Assembly: GCA_949358305.1 (NCBI GenBank)
Contig: OX442314.1
Span: forward strand, 8,928,001-8,992,000
Length of the DNA: 64,000 nt
Direction: 5' to 3'
DNA from: Strigamia acuminata
Lineage: Eukaryota
Position 1 is the first letter of the stretch. Every line of letters starts with the position of its first letter. Position numbers and translations under genes: made by a program. Below are positions 43,433-56,324 of the stretch, one piece after another. Below the pieces are notes generated by a model. The model was not told the DNA's origin. It did not search any database and worked only from the letters and a program-made list of their open reading frames with translations.

Positions 43433-46400
43433 TCATTTAATTTCGTCAACATAGGCCACTTTGAACGGTTCCAGGAATCGAGTGGCTTGTCTAACAGACA
43501 CTAACAAATCGGATAAATAGATGTTGATCTCTTCCCAGTGCTCGTCCGGATCCAAGTCGTTTTCTTCGCCTTCGTCCGAATCGTCGCCATCTTTTTCGTC
43601 GTCTTCTTCCTCTTTAATTTCGTCAATTTCTTCCACTAGATCCATCAAATCGGAAAGAACCGAGTCGGAATATTTGTCCAAATCACTCGGGCCGAATAAT
43701 AAGTGGCTGTTTATAAAGAAATTAGCTGGATTTTTGTTTTAAATTGAATTATTTCCTATTTACCGATGGAACCAATCGTCCGATTGACCACCAGGTTTTA
43801 TAAAAATTCGTTCCAGGTACATCATTTGATCGTTGACCATTCGAGTAGCAATGACACTGTAATTTTTAAAAGAATTAAAAAAAATAGAAATTTAATAGAA
43901 TAAAATAATTAATAAAATTAAATACAAAGTATTCATCATTGCGCATGCGCAGTAGTGTCCACCGCCGCCATTTTAGCTTTGCTTACGTGTTTACAACTTT
44001 TAGGTGAATATACTGATTGCCACAGTGAGTACTTTGTAGATTAATAATTAATATTGATTATGATATCGGCTCTTACTCATCTTCGTTTATATCTTTCAGC
44101 CTTTCGTTAAATATTCTTGTTTGCTTTTCGAAATCGTCCACGGCTTCTTCCAAGTTATCTGCAATTGCCAATGTTAGGTAAAAAACGTTTCTTGTTTATT
44201 TTAACATTAACATTAATTTTTTTTTTTAAAAAAAAGTTAATAATACCAAACAAGGTGATATTTCTTTCTAAAAGAATTTCTGGAATCTTGTGATCTTTAA
44301 TTTTTTTCAAATTTGACTTAAGAACTGCCCCCAATTGATCCACATCAAATGGCAGAATTTGTTTATCTGCAAAACAAACGTAGATTTGAAAAACAACAAT
44401 AAAAACAATTAAAAAAAAAAAAACTTGTACCGTATTACCTCACATAAAGCGGCATGCCGTTGGGCATGGGTTTACCAGGTTTTTAAAATTGCGTGCAAAA
44501 AGCTTATACCGGCATGCCGGTATAAAGCGAAACATGCCGGGGTAAGTGAAAAAGCGGGCTTTTTGTTTTTTTTACTTTAAAGAGCCCGGATGAATAATTA
44601 TGTTGGTTTTTTGGACCTAAAATTTAAGTTTTCTTTATTTTCAGTAGATTTTTACTAAAATATGGGTAAATTTATAAAAATTTAAGGCAATTTCTTACAT
44701 TTTGAAGATCCAAAAAGGGTTTTATGCTTGTTTTGGCCGAATTCTCATTTAGAAAAATTTGTACTCACTTACAACGGCATGTCGTTATAAACGAGGTTTA
44801 TCGGCATGCCGGTATAACTCGAATTATACCGGCATGCGGCTTAATGTGAGGTAATACGGTATACAATACACTGAAATACCTGCAAAAGTTCTGACTAAAA
44901 CAGAGACATATTCTGCACAGGAAACACTCCTTTTGAAGCCTGGATCCACAAATCTTATGAAATAATCATAAACATCATAGGCTGTGTTTTGGGCTGGAAA
45001 AAAGTTCACATCTCCCTCATTGTCAGCGTGGACGTCAATGGACGGAATGGCAGCATAAAATGCGAAAGCCGCATGATCACTTTCGGCACCAAGTGGACTT
45101 ATCCTGAAAGCATTGCAAAGAGGCTTTGTATAGAATATTGAACCCAAAAACACTGTATTTCGGCGAAACCCGGGATGGCGACCACTTTGATTTGGCGACA
45201 TTGGTGTTCGCCATAGACAGGTTTCACTTTATGAAAGTACACAATGTCATCGTCGTCGTCGGTTATATCGCCATCCATGTCGTCATCGTCACTTCCTATT
45301 TCTCTGCTGTCGCCATCACCATCATCATCGCGTTCGGCCCATTCCTCAAAAATAGTTTCGTCTTTGCCATCGCCATCTTCTGCTGCAAGGACCTGCAAAG
45401 CAAGATCAAGTTGTGATAGGCAGAAAAGTCATCTCATAACCCTTCTCACAAGTTAGAAGTATAGAAGCAGATTGCTATTGCACCCCACCAAAAATCAGCT
45501 CGCGCCCCACAGGTTAAGAAATGCTGATATATACAGGGCGTTCTAAAAGTCTGGTTTCCTCCAAATATTTCCTGAGCAATTGCATCTCGGCCAACTTTGA
45601 TGAAGCGATCGTGTAAGAAGTTGGGTGAGAGCAATCCAATGATGTCATCAAATTTGACCTTGAAGGTCATTTTCAAGGTCATTCACTTTTAGACTTTTAG
45701 GACACCCTGTATACTCTAAACCGATACAATGTTGCCCTAACTCCAGCCATTCCACTGGTGTAGTGGCACAAAAAGTAGCCCATTACACCAGAATTGTAAT
45801 CGAACTCCAGACATTCTTATCGATTAGCAACACTTGATTTATTGTTAAAGGAAACAGAACTACTTTTCCACGTAGTAGAACACAGTCCACAGATAGGCGT
45901 AATCCAGCTCAACCAATTGGAAATAGGTCAACGTTGTATCGGTTTAGTGTATAGCAGCGTTTCCCAAACGGTGAGGCGCGCCTCACTGGTGAGGCGCGAG
46001 CTGATTTTTGGTGGGGCGCGACGCATTGCTCACAATTTTTTTTTTTTAATTTTAACAATCAACATATCTTATAGACATGATGCCCTCCCCCTAGAATAGT
46101 GCACTTGTCTTGTCGTCTAAAAGAGTCTATTCTATCTAGATTCATTTTGATTTTGATTCATTTTGATTTTGATTTAGATTCATTTTTGAAAAATTTAATG
46201 CACCGGTAGATGAAGTGGGGCGCGGAAGATCGCCTTGCTTAAAAATGGGGCGCGATGCTAAAAAGTTTGGGAACCCCTGGTGTATAGCAAGGAATTCTCA
46301 ATAGTCCCAATGGTTCGAGTCCTGGGATGTTTAAAAGTACAGTCGAACCTCGTTATACCGAACTGCAATATAACGAATACTTAAAAATAACTTGGTTGGT

Positions 46401-49400
46401 TGGTTGGCCATAAAACACCATGTTAAAAAAATTTTGATATAACGAACTTTCGTTATAACGGACCAATTTTTTTGGGTCCCTTGCGATTTGTTACAACGAG
46501 GTTCGACTGTACTGAAAAGAAGAAACCCTAGTGGCAGGTTTTGAGCATGGTTAGCTTTAATATGGCTTTCCATAAATGACGACTGTTACTTACTTCTCGG
46601 GATGCATTGATCACGGCTTCTCTTAAAATGGGACTTGCCGATACCCTGAAGTCTTCGGCTGAAAAGTTATTTTATTGTCATCTGTTTTGTTCTTGTTTAT
46701 TCTATTTTCTGTTCTTACTTTCAATACATGATTCACAATTGATGTAAACAACAGCTCTAGCTGATAATTCTGCTAAATGTTCCTGGAACAAAGAAGAAAT
46801 AGAAACCATTATTTTATCCCCAGGAATCAAATCAAACTCTAATGCTTCTACCTCAACCCATTCTGTTGATCCAATCTGTCCGTATTTACTTGCATCCCAA
46901 GTACAGAAAATAATGGTTCTTCTTGGATTCCAACCTAAAGATACCACACACAATAACAGTTGAATCTGGATGCCACTGCTTTGGGATTTGTGATCAGGGC
47001 ATTCAGGGCACTACATCTGATGCAAATGATGCATCCCCCAGTAAAGTTATGAGAATTAATTGTTTATTAACATCAACTCTTGGATTGTTTAGTGAATCTA
47101 AGGCTAGGTTTACACATGTGTTCACACTAGGGGCGATGCAAGGAAAAATTAGTCAGATGCAACGCACAGTCTGTTCACACTGTAGAGCACGTATGAACAG
47201 CTGAAACAATTGATGTTGCGTCTGTCCAATCAGATGGTTTCAATGAAACCTGGAATTGGATCTAGTTCTAGAACTAGTTAGTAGTTACAGAATCCGAAAA
47301 TGCTGGCCTGTTTCTATGTGGCAAAGTCTTCTAGTAATGCTGGACGCACACATACCACGATTACATGTCGCGATTTTGCAAGCAAAATCGTCCTGTGAAT
47401 CGCGCGCAATGCTACACACATGTAGCTATTCCAGCTTTGCTATTTCAATGTTATGACGTCATTCCTGATCCGAAAAACCTGCCCGCCATATCGGCTGAAA
47501 ATGTTGATGAAATGACGTCATTTCGCACAGCTCACGAATTGGCTGCGACATGAATCCCGAGCGAAATAGTACTTGGGACAAGCACTATTTTCAAAAGTAA
47601 ATTTCAAACCGGCGCGAAGGAAATGACGTCATCTGCGCATGCTCAATGGCAACACAATCGCGACGCGATGCGAAATTGCGGTGTGCGCGCGCCCAGCATA
47701 AAGCTGAAACCGAGTTTTGTGTGATACGCTACCACTCCATTTAGATAATTTATTTTTGCTACTGCTACCTTTAGTATTACTAACCCGTCTTTCACCTGAA
47801 AAAAACAATCGTCACCTGTTTTCCGAAGTTTGCTGAATGCGTCACTGATTTCCAACAATTGAGCTGTGCCACTTGACGGATTGACCGTTCCATAACCCCA
47901 AGCATCGTGTGCACTACCCACAATCACATATCTATCTGTAACATTGTATATTATTATAATCTGGATAATGTAAAAACCAAAAGATTTATCCACTAACAAT
48001 GTTTACTAGTCAAATCCATAAATCCTCAGTGAAAAAAATAAAATATTTGGATTGACCTAAAATTAAATCTAGTTTAAATTAAACCTTGAAATTTTAAGCA
48101 GTTAAATAGATACATCTGAAGAAAGTACACACAAAATTTCATGCCAATCGGGCTTAAAATAATAAAACTAGAAGCATATTTCAAAATAACATTTGATTCA
48201 TATATCCTCATACCAGCTTGCACATGGTACAAATATCTTCATACTGCTTATTTTAATGTAAAAATTTTTACATTTACACAAAATTTTTATGTGAATGTGA
48301 TCATATTAGTTAAAATAGCAATTATAGATCATTTGTCAGTAAAATGGCATCAGGAAAGGCTGTTTTCTGCACAAATACATGCCTGAAATGGCAAAGTTGC
48401 ACATCTATTTAACTGCTTAAAATTTCAAGGTTTAATTCAAACTAGATTTAATTTTAGGTCAATCCAAATATTTTATTTTTTTCACTTTCACAGGAGTATG
48501 AAGATTTATGGATTTGACTAGTACATGCTAGAAAAGGTTTTGAAATCTGTCTGTCTAAACAAAAATTTTAGACTTTTACTTATTTTAGGCCACTGACACA
48601 CACTGACCAATGGGCCTACTAGGGTGGACTACCCAGGAAAGAGAAAGAGAAAGAGAATTAGGGAGTAGAGTTCAGGATGCCAGTGAGCACTATCTCCCTG
48701 CTTACCACTCTAATGCCCAGTGAGCAGTGATGTACCGGTTGGAAAAAAACTTCCCTTCTATTTAGCTGTTTTAAGTTTACCTACCAGGTGGAATAAAAAT
48801 ACATTATATTCAATGACGTCACTCTTGACCAGGTCTCCTGTATTGATCAGACGGACCGGGCAAATCATGATGTCGTTAATCTCTTTTTGGACAAACTTAA
48901 AACAGCTGTACTGCAAGGAAGTTTTTTTTCCATGGGGGGTACTCTTAGTGATGGACCAGTTGCAGTTGCAGTTAATTTTACCACCTTAAAGATTCATAGC
49001 ATGTATACACATACATAGTGAATATGTTCATATGTAGTGCAAAGATACTTGACCAGGTTCAATATCTCCAGGAATAGTTGCAATCACATTGAAGATTTTA
49101 GAATTTTCTAGCTCATTGTGGATATTCATTCTAACAACACTGCAAGAACAAGCATTTTAAGGTTTCAATCTTACAGATATTGGTAAACTTACTGGTGTTG
49201 GAAACGTCCTTCAAATCCTGGTCCGGTTCGATAGCGAATTCCAAGCTTTCCTTGCCAATCAGGAGTATCTATATCTAAGCCTGCCATGTGTCTGTTGAGA
49301 AGAAAACACAACACTATTTTATTATTTCTTGGAAAAAGTACATGCAAGACTTACTCCAACAGTGTCTTTGCATCCTTGTAGCCAATTGGCTGGCTTGGGA

Positions 49401-52400
49401 TATCCGGTAAATCCGCTTCGTCTTTGTTTATTCTGAAGATCTCCTCTTATAAACAAAATAAATATTTTACTTTCTTGGCAATTTCAGCCGGAAGAAAAGT
49501 TAGAAAACCAACTTAATGCTGGTAGCCTTGGTGTCAGTGGATCTCCTATCTCTTCATAGACACTTCCTCTTTGCATTCCATCTCCTGGTAGCCACCAAGT
49601 ATTGTTGTACAACTTTGCAGGAGCTGTTCCAGCTTGCGCAACTTCTTCAGGGTCCGTGTAAAGAATGACACCAATAGCACCTCGCTTGGCAGCATTATCC
49701 ACCTTGAGTTTTTAAAAATGGACTAAATAAGGCGTTCTCCAAGACTTACTATATTTCTTTGATGGCTGTTGTAGCATGAACCAAGGATAACATGGACAAG
49801 TATCCATTTGTTAATTCCTATTGATTCGTTGTTATTATGTGCGCTGATTGGATAACAGCAATCACGTTTCTCGCATTGCTTGCCAACTAAGGATGTTTGT
49901 TACCTGTTGTCATCCCAGAATACAGTGTGGTTATACAGGGTGGTGCAGAAAGTCTGGTTCACAGTAAATAATTTCTAAACCGTTTCAGATGTTGATTTAG
50001 CAAAATGATTGTAAGGGTAGTAGTTTGGGGGGAATCCAATTATGACATCCAACTTGCCCTGAGGTCATCTTCAAGGTCATCCATATTGTAACTCGAGAAC
50101 CGTGACAGAGAGAAAAAGTGAATTAGAAAGTTGTAGAGCACCATCTAATTAGTCTAGAACTGTTCTTAAAAAAATTATCTCTTTCTGAAAAGTTTTGAGA
50201 AAAAAAGGTTTGAAACGTTAGTCTACTCAGCTTTGTAACCTAAAACTATCATGTTGGAATGTATTTCCAAAATAAATTATTTCCTTTCTTTTGTGTTTCC
50301 TCTCTTCCACTTACAAGTATGACCCAATAAAGTGTCCTAATTGAGGATCAGCTTGGTTGCCTCAATAGTTTTAGGTTACAAAGCTGAATAGACTAACGTT
50401 TCAAACCGTTTTTCTCAAAACTTTTCGGAAAGAGATAATTTTTTTAAGAACAGTTCTAGACTAATTAGATGGTGCTCTACAACTTTCTAATTCACTTTTT
50501 CTCTCTACCTGTCACGGTTCTCGAGTTACAATATGGATGACCTTGAAGATGACCTCTGAGGTCAAATTGAATGTCATAATTGGATTTCCCCCAAAAAACT
50601 ACCTTGACAAACATTTTGCTAAATCAACATCTAAAACGGTTTGGGAATTATTTACTGTGAACCAGACTTTCTGAACCACCCTGTATATTGTGTGGCGCCA
50701 TCGGTGGCAAAACGCACTGAACATGTATGTGTCCATGTTATCCTTGGTTCATGGTGGTAGTAGTGGCCGTGAGGGTGTATTTCTTTTCATTAAGTTAATG
50801 GCGACTCTTAATCAAAGAAATATGGTATTAAATGTTACCGTACTTTGTTTCCTCTGAAAATACGTCCGTAGCGAGCTATCACTATTTTACCAGTGATGGT
50901 GATATTCTCATTTTCAAGTCTGTCGAAGTCACGTTCAGTTCCATAATTGGCATAAACTAATTCACCCTGAACAAAGAAATCATCAGGTCATTTGAAATTG
51001 AAAGCTGAGATATTCTTGTTCTTACAATGACAACTCCTGCAGGAGAGTAAGCGTGAAAGGCGTCTGGAAAGTCTTTATTCGTAAACGGCTTGTCCTGTTC
51101 TCTAGGTAGGATTGTGAAGTTGATAGAGTTATCTGGATTATTTTTTGAGCTTATCATTTCAATCTGCAATATACAAATTTGCAAAAGTCAAGATTTGAGT
51201 ATTTGGCTTCTCTTTGTTCCATATGGCATGGTGGAGTTCAGGACAGGTATTCTAAGCAGGTATTCTGAACCCAACTATCCTTACCAAATTTTCCTTGAGA
51301 TCTCCAGGATATGATAAAAGTACTTGATATTCTGCCATATAAACTGAATCCAAGCCTTGATCCATCCATGTCTGCTTGATGTATTCAGCAACAGCTTTGC
51401 TTTCGTCAGTTCCCGCTAGGTGAGGATGTTTTGTCAGTTGTCTGCAATTGTGCATTTAAAAGATTTATTTCAAACAATCAAATCAATCAAGATTGACTGA
51501 AGAAAACAGCTCTGACTGATTTATTTAGATCCAAATCATTCCCAGGCAAACATGTCTGAAGGTTTGGGACTTTAAGAATCTGTTATGTCCAGGTAGAACA
51601 TCTACATCCACCTTGAGGGGCCATGGGCATATTGGAAAATGGAGTCCATAGCTATCCATGTCTTGCCGATAGATATCGGCTGATCGTCATAGGCTTAATA
51701 GATAATAGTTACAGAAGCAAAATGTTAACAACAAACAACACTGCCTGTAAAAAGTAGAATATTTAATAAAATACGAGCCTGGGATGGGACCCTTTAAACC
51801 CAGGTCTGGGACCCTTTGAGCTGCTGGGGCCCTGTGCACTTTGCCCACCCTATGGCCTATGAATAATCCGGTCCCGAGCTTGCATGTAAGTGTGACTAAT
51901 ATCATGTTTTGCTACTAGGTGAAATACTAGACATCAACAGGTGACAATATAGCCTTGAGTTCAGCGATCCTTTCATAAAGGCTGAATCACTTCTTTTGGG
52001 GATCCAAATTACTTTAACCCTTCCAACCCGAATGAATTAGATCCCTCTCTCCCCGAAGATCGGCATAATTTGACCCAGATTCTGAGCATGCGCAACATCC
52101 GGGTTCTGCTGGATTCCAATGGAATCCGGCAAACACATGTTTTTGACCACAACAAAGATGGCTAACGCAGCACATGAACGCATGTAATTGTCCCATTCCA
52201 ATTTATTTTATACACATTTTGATTAATTTTATATACTGTATATTTTACCAATACACAACATTGGGTTTATGTCCTTTAGACTCCTAAGATGGGTCTTTTT
52301 TGTTAATCTTTGGTTTCAAATTACAGACAAAATTAAAAAATTAAAAAAAATTTCAATTGTGGTGTAGTGTCTAGTGATGTTTCAAAGAAATAGTCAGCAA

Positions 52401-55391
52401 AAATTAGATAAAATAAATAATTGCACATAAAAATAATGATTTTATTAAATGGTGTCCCAAAAAGACCCATTGTAGTTGGAAGGGTTAAAATGGTGCTTAT
52501 CAGACCAAGGTTATAGAAAAGCTGGATGAGAAATTAACTTGCTTCAGCCCACAGCTGCAATGCCAAAACGAGGCTAATGGTTCATTTCTCCACAAGAATT
52601 TAAGTATTTGTCGTATAATTAGAGTTGAAATTGTAATTGACAGAAATTATTATTACTATACTCTTGCTCGACTCAAAAGGGTGGCCTTCTCCCATTGGCC
52701 GAGCGGCATTACTCCTAACTCCAGTCTGTATTACTACCACTAAGAGAAGTAGTTTTTATTTTTATTTAGTTTTTAGATTATTACGACCATTTAAATTGAT
52801 ATAATTTTAATTGTATTTTATTACAAAATGTTATTTCCATTTAGGAAATAAAGTTTTATGCACATATAAATGTAAAAGTCATGTTTGTTCTGTTTATTGG
52901 TTGCTTTGTCTGGAAAGCAAACAATTTTGAAATTTTGGCTGTTACCTGGGCAATCGATTACAATGTCTGTACATTGTAATGCATTTCTGGTGTTTGGGTC
53001 TATATTTTTGGATCACTACACCAGTGATACGGCTCGGCCAATGGGAGAAGGCCACCCTTTTGAGTCGAACAAGAGTATAGTGACAGTATAACTTTTGAAA
53101 ATCGTCATGGCGGAACAATTACTGCTCAGTTAGAAGTTTAACAATACTTTTAAATAATACCCCGTAAGTTTAACAATTAAAAATGTTACATAACTTTTTT
53201 TCAGGTTATTTTAAAGAGATTAGAGAAATTTTTTATTTTTTTTCCTACAACCTTTAAAGCCAAAGTTATACAACATACAGCCTCTACTAAATCAGGGCTT
53301 CTAAAACTATGGTTTGCAATCCCTTACGTAGTCGCGTAACTGAATGTGGGGGTTGCAAAAAATGTTTGATTTGTATGTAAGTTATATCTTATACAGGGTG
53401 AGTCAAAAGTCTGGAAACACCTTTTTTTCTTAAAAATTACCATGTTTACATGTACTCACTTATCCAGATAAGTGAAAATGCGAAATTTACTTTTCTGGAA
53501 AACTGATCATGTAAACATATCAGTTTTCTAGAAAAGTCAAACTTATCTGGAAGTGGAAAACTAAAATCCACTTCTTTGAGGTAGATTTTGGGTGTTTTGC
53601 GCATTCCGATTTGCTATGTAAACACCCACTCATTACTTATCCAGAAAAGCTGACGTCACAACATTGCTGTGACATGTTGTTTCTGTGCAGTGCATTGTCG
53701 ATGATTAATCTGCAAGTTTAACAGAGAGTTAAATACGTCATATGACGTCACATTTGTTAAAAAACTGATTCTTTGTAAACGCATGCAGTTTTCCACAAAA
53801 GTAATATTCGCATTTTCACTTATCTGGATAAGTGAGCACATGTAAACATGGTAATTGACTGAAGATATATCAATTCTAATAATGTCGTCAAATAGGAAGT
53901 CGTTGCTGGGCTATCCAGTGGTGACCTTAAATTTGACCAGAAAGGTCATTTAATTTGTATTTTTTTAACTGTTTAAGATAGAGCAAAATTTCCAATTACA
54001 AAGTTGTAGGACATCATCGAATTAGTACTATACAACTTTGTTCGATAATGCTCCGAAAAAGTACAAAATGAATGGTCAAATTTAAGGCCATCACTGGATA
54101 GCCCATCATCGACTTCCTATTCGACCCCATCATTAGAATCCCCATACCTTCAGTCATTTTTAAGAAAAAAGGTGTTTCCAGACTTTTGTATATTCGGGGT
54201 CACGTAAAAATTTCATGGGTTGAAAGGAGTCACAAAAGAAAAAGGTTGAAGAAGCCCTGCACTAAATCACTACTAGGGGAATCAAAAAAGGACGATTCTT
54301 TGCTTTCTAGTATTCACACCCGTGCAGATTTCATCACGTCCGCCTAAATAACGGACCCAAAGGACCACAGACGACTTAAGACGATGTCATCGACTACGAG
54401 AGACATCCCAGGAACGACCACGCCAACAACTGACGCCTTATTGAATCACTTTCAATATCAGTTTCTGTTCAAGTTTCCAACTCTGTTCCGGCCACTTCAA
54501 ATATGTTCATCAGCATTACTACTAACTCCAGACTGTATACTAGGAGAAGTAGTTTTGATTTTTATTTATTTTTGTGATTGTTATGACCATTTAATTTAAT
54601 ATAATTTTGATTTTTCTTATTAAAAAATGTTATTTCCATTTATGAAATATAGTTTTATGCACATATAAAGGTAAAACTCATGTTTGTTCTGTTTATTGGT
54701 TGCTTTGTCTGGAAAGCATTGGTCGTTACCTAGGCAATCGATTACAATGTCTGGTGTTTGGGTCTATTTTTTTGGATCACTACACCAGTAAAATGGCTCG
54801 ACCAATGGGATTAGGGGGCCTTTTTGAGTTCAACAAGAGTACAGCGGGTATTTTAGTGAGTATTTAACAGCCATTGTGAAATTGAGATCTCCCTTGGTGG
54901 TTGAGAAAGATCACATGATCAAATTATATGTATTCTTGAGTTTGTGATAAGCCTAACAAATGGGAGTTTGTCCTAAGTTTTCTGTCATAATTTTCCTGAA
55001 ACAGAGTAAAATTTGCGCCTTGCTCGTAGAGCCATCTGGTGGCGAATAAATTGAGTAAATGAAAAAAAAATCCTCGACACAAAGAATTATCTAGAAGTTT
55101 TGTCTGGTGGAGTCTGAATAATAGACGAAACTTAAGTCCTCACCTGAGATGGTGTTCGATGCCTTTAGCATCGATTTCCAGCAGGAGTTTGTCAGTGAAC
55201 TCGGGATTCTCCTCAACAGTATCGGCGGTGAATTTCAGCAAAATCTCATCCGCACTCTTTGGGCAACCTCCGGCACTACATTCGTGCGGAACTGCATAGA
55301 TGCCAATGAGAATTCCCACAGTGAAACCAACCAAGATGAACACAAATGCTGTGACATAACACGCTCCTTTTGTCACATCTCCTTCACCCAT
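43433..55391 (-). CDS. Peptidase M28B (GCPII/NAALADase/transferrin-receptor-like) type II membrane protein, multi-exon, probably catalytically inactive
   Basis: N-terminal TM; PHLAGT..; [69 protein letters not shown]-terminal dimerisation-domain-like exons. Exon boundaries are approximate. Confidence 0.88.
44430..44859. mobile_element. MITE (TA TSD)
   Basis: TIR CCGTATTACCTCACAT..ATGTGAGGTAATACGG. Confidence 0.75.
45534..45708. mobile_element. Short Tc1-like MITE relative
   Basis: CAGGGCG..CACCCTG with TA flanks; shares the tgaccttgaaggtcat motif with the 17099 family. Confidence 0.6.
45955..46279. mobile_element. hAT MITE
   Basis: CAGCGTTTCCCAAAC..GTTTGGGAACCCCTG; 8-bp TSD GTGTATAG. Confidence 0.85.
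46340..46509. mobile_element. Tigger/pogo-like MITE
   Basis: CAGTCGAACCTCGTT TIRs, TA TSD. Confidence 0.8.
48006..48521. mobile_element. MITE with long inverted arms
   Basis: CTAGTCAAATCCATAAATC TIRs extending ~110 bp; TA flanks. Confidence 0.75.
49775..50753. mobile_element. P-like MITE containing a nested Tc1 foldback MITE (49936-50683)
   Basis: CATGAACCAAGGATAACATGGACA TIRs; imperfect 7-bp TSD GTTGTAG/GTGGTAG. Confidence 0.75.
52018..52484. mobile_element. piggyBac-like MITE
   Basis: TTAA-CCCTTCCAAC..GTTGGAAGGG-TTAA. Confidence 0.75.
52656..53080. mobile_element. MITE with ~50-bp TIRs (degenerate second copy ~54510-54845)
   Basis: CTATACTCTTGCTCGACTCAAAAGGGTGGCCTTCTCCCATTGGCCGAGC inverted at both ends. 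Confidence 0.75.
53293..54259. mobile_element. hAT MITE with nested Tc1-like MITE (~53394-54190), which contains a further IR element (~53437-53855)
   Basis: CAGGGCTTCT..AGAAGCCCTG with TACTAAAT/CACTAAAT TSD; inner CAGGGTG/AAAGTCTGGAAACACC arms; innermost TACCATGTTTACATG arms. Confidence 0.7.
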
Positions 55392-56324
55392 CCTTAAATA
55401 AAAATTAAAACAAGTTAAATTAAATTTAATTAAATTAAATTTCTCACCTGACAAGGTGACACTCGTCCTTGATTGGTTGTTGGTTGCGGTAATCTATAGT
55501 TAGAGTGGTTTGATTAACAAAAATAAATTTTATTTTTGGATCTTTGTCCTTTTCCAAAGACAAGTCGAAAATAGGATTATTAAAGAGTTTTAAAATAAAA
55601 AATTGATATTCGTTGCAAATGACGCAAATTATGACGTCATATCGACTCGGAATGATGAATGAACGAATTCACCTCGAAATATCGCGACGTTTTGTCGACG
55701 AAATCGACGAAATCGTCGAATAACTCGCGAATAAAATCCAAATTCCAACCAATTAATTAATTACACGCAAAAAAACAACGACATAACGGTCAATTAGAAC
55801 TTCCGGTTAATTAAAATCGATTTCCCCCCGACATAATCAAAATTTAAAAAAAAAAAATTAAATAAAAAAAAATATATAAAATTAAAAAAAAAAAAAAAAT
55901 AGAAAATTTCTAAGATGTTCGTTACCTGCGTGGATCGAGCGCCTTAAGTGGGTTCGGTGTCGCGACTGAGCTGCGTGTGGAAACGCGAGCGTCTCTCGGC
56001 GAGAAGCGGCAGCATTAGGAAGAAAATAGAGGGTGTCATGAGTCAGGAGTCGGGAACAAATCAAATTGGAATCAACAGCTGCGCCTTCTCCGATTTCAGC
56101 TCCTCAACGTCACGCGGAGATGTCAATGATTGATAGTTCCCCAGCCTCCCACTAGGGCCCCGCGGAACGAAAAACTCGATCGAATGCGAAAAATATTTTT
56201 ATTTCCATCGTTAGTAACAAAATAAACAATTTATACAATGCGAATATCTCGAATAATATCAAAATTAGTCGTCCAATCACCGTTTTATCGTCGTTTTCGT
56301 CCATTTTCGTCGAAAAAATCACTT

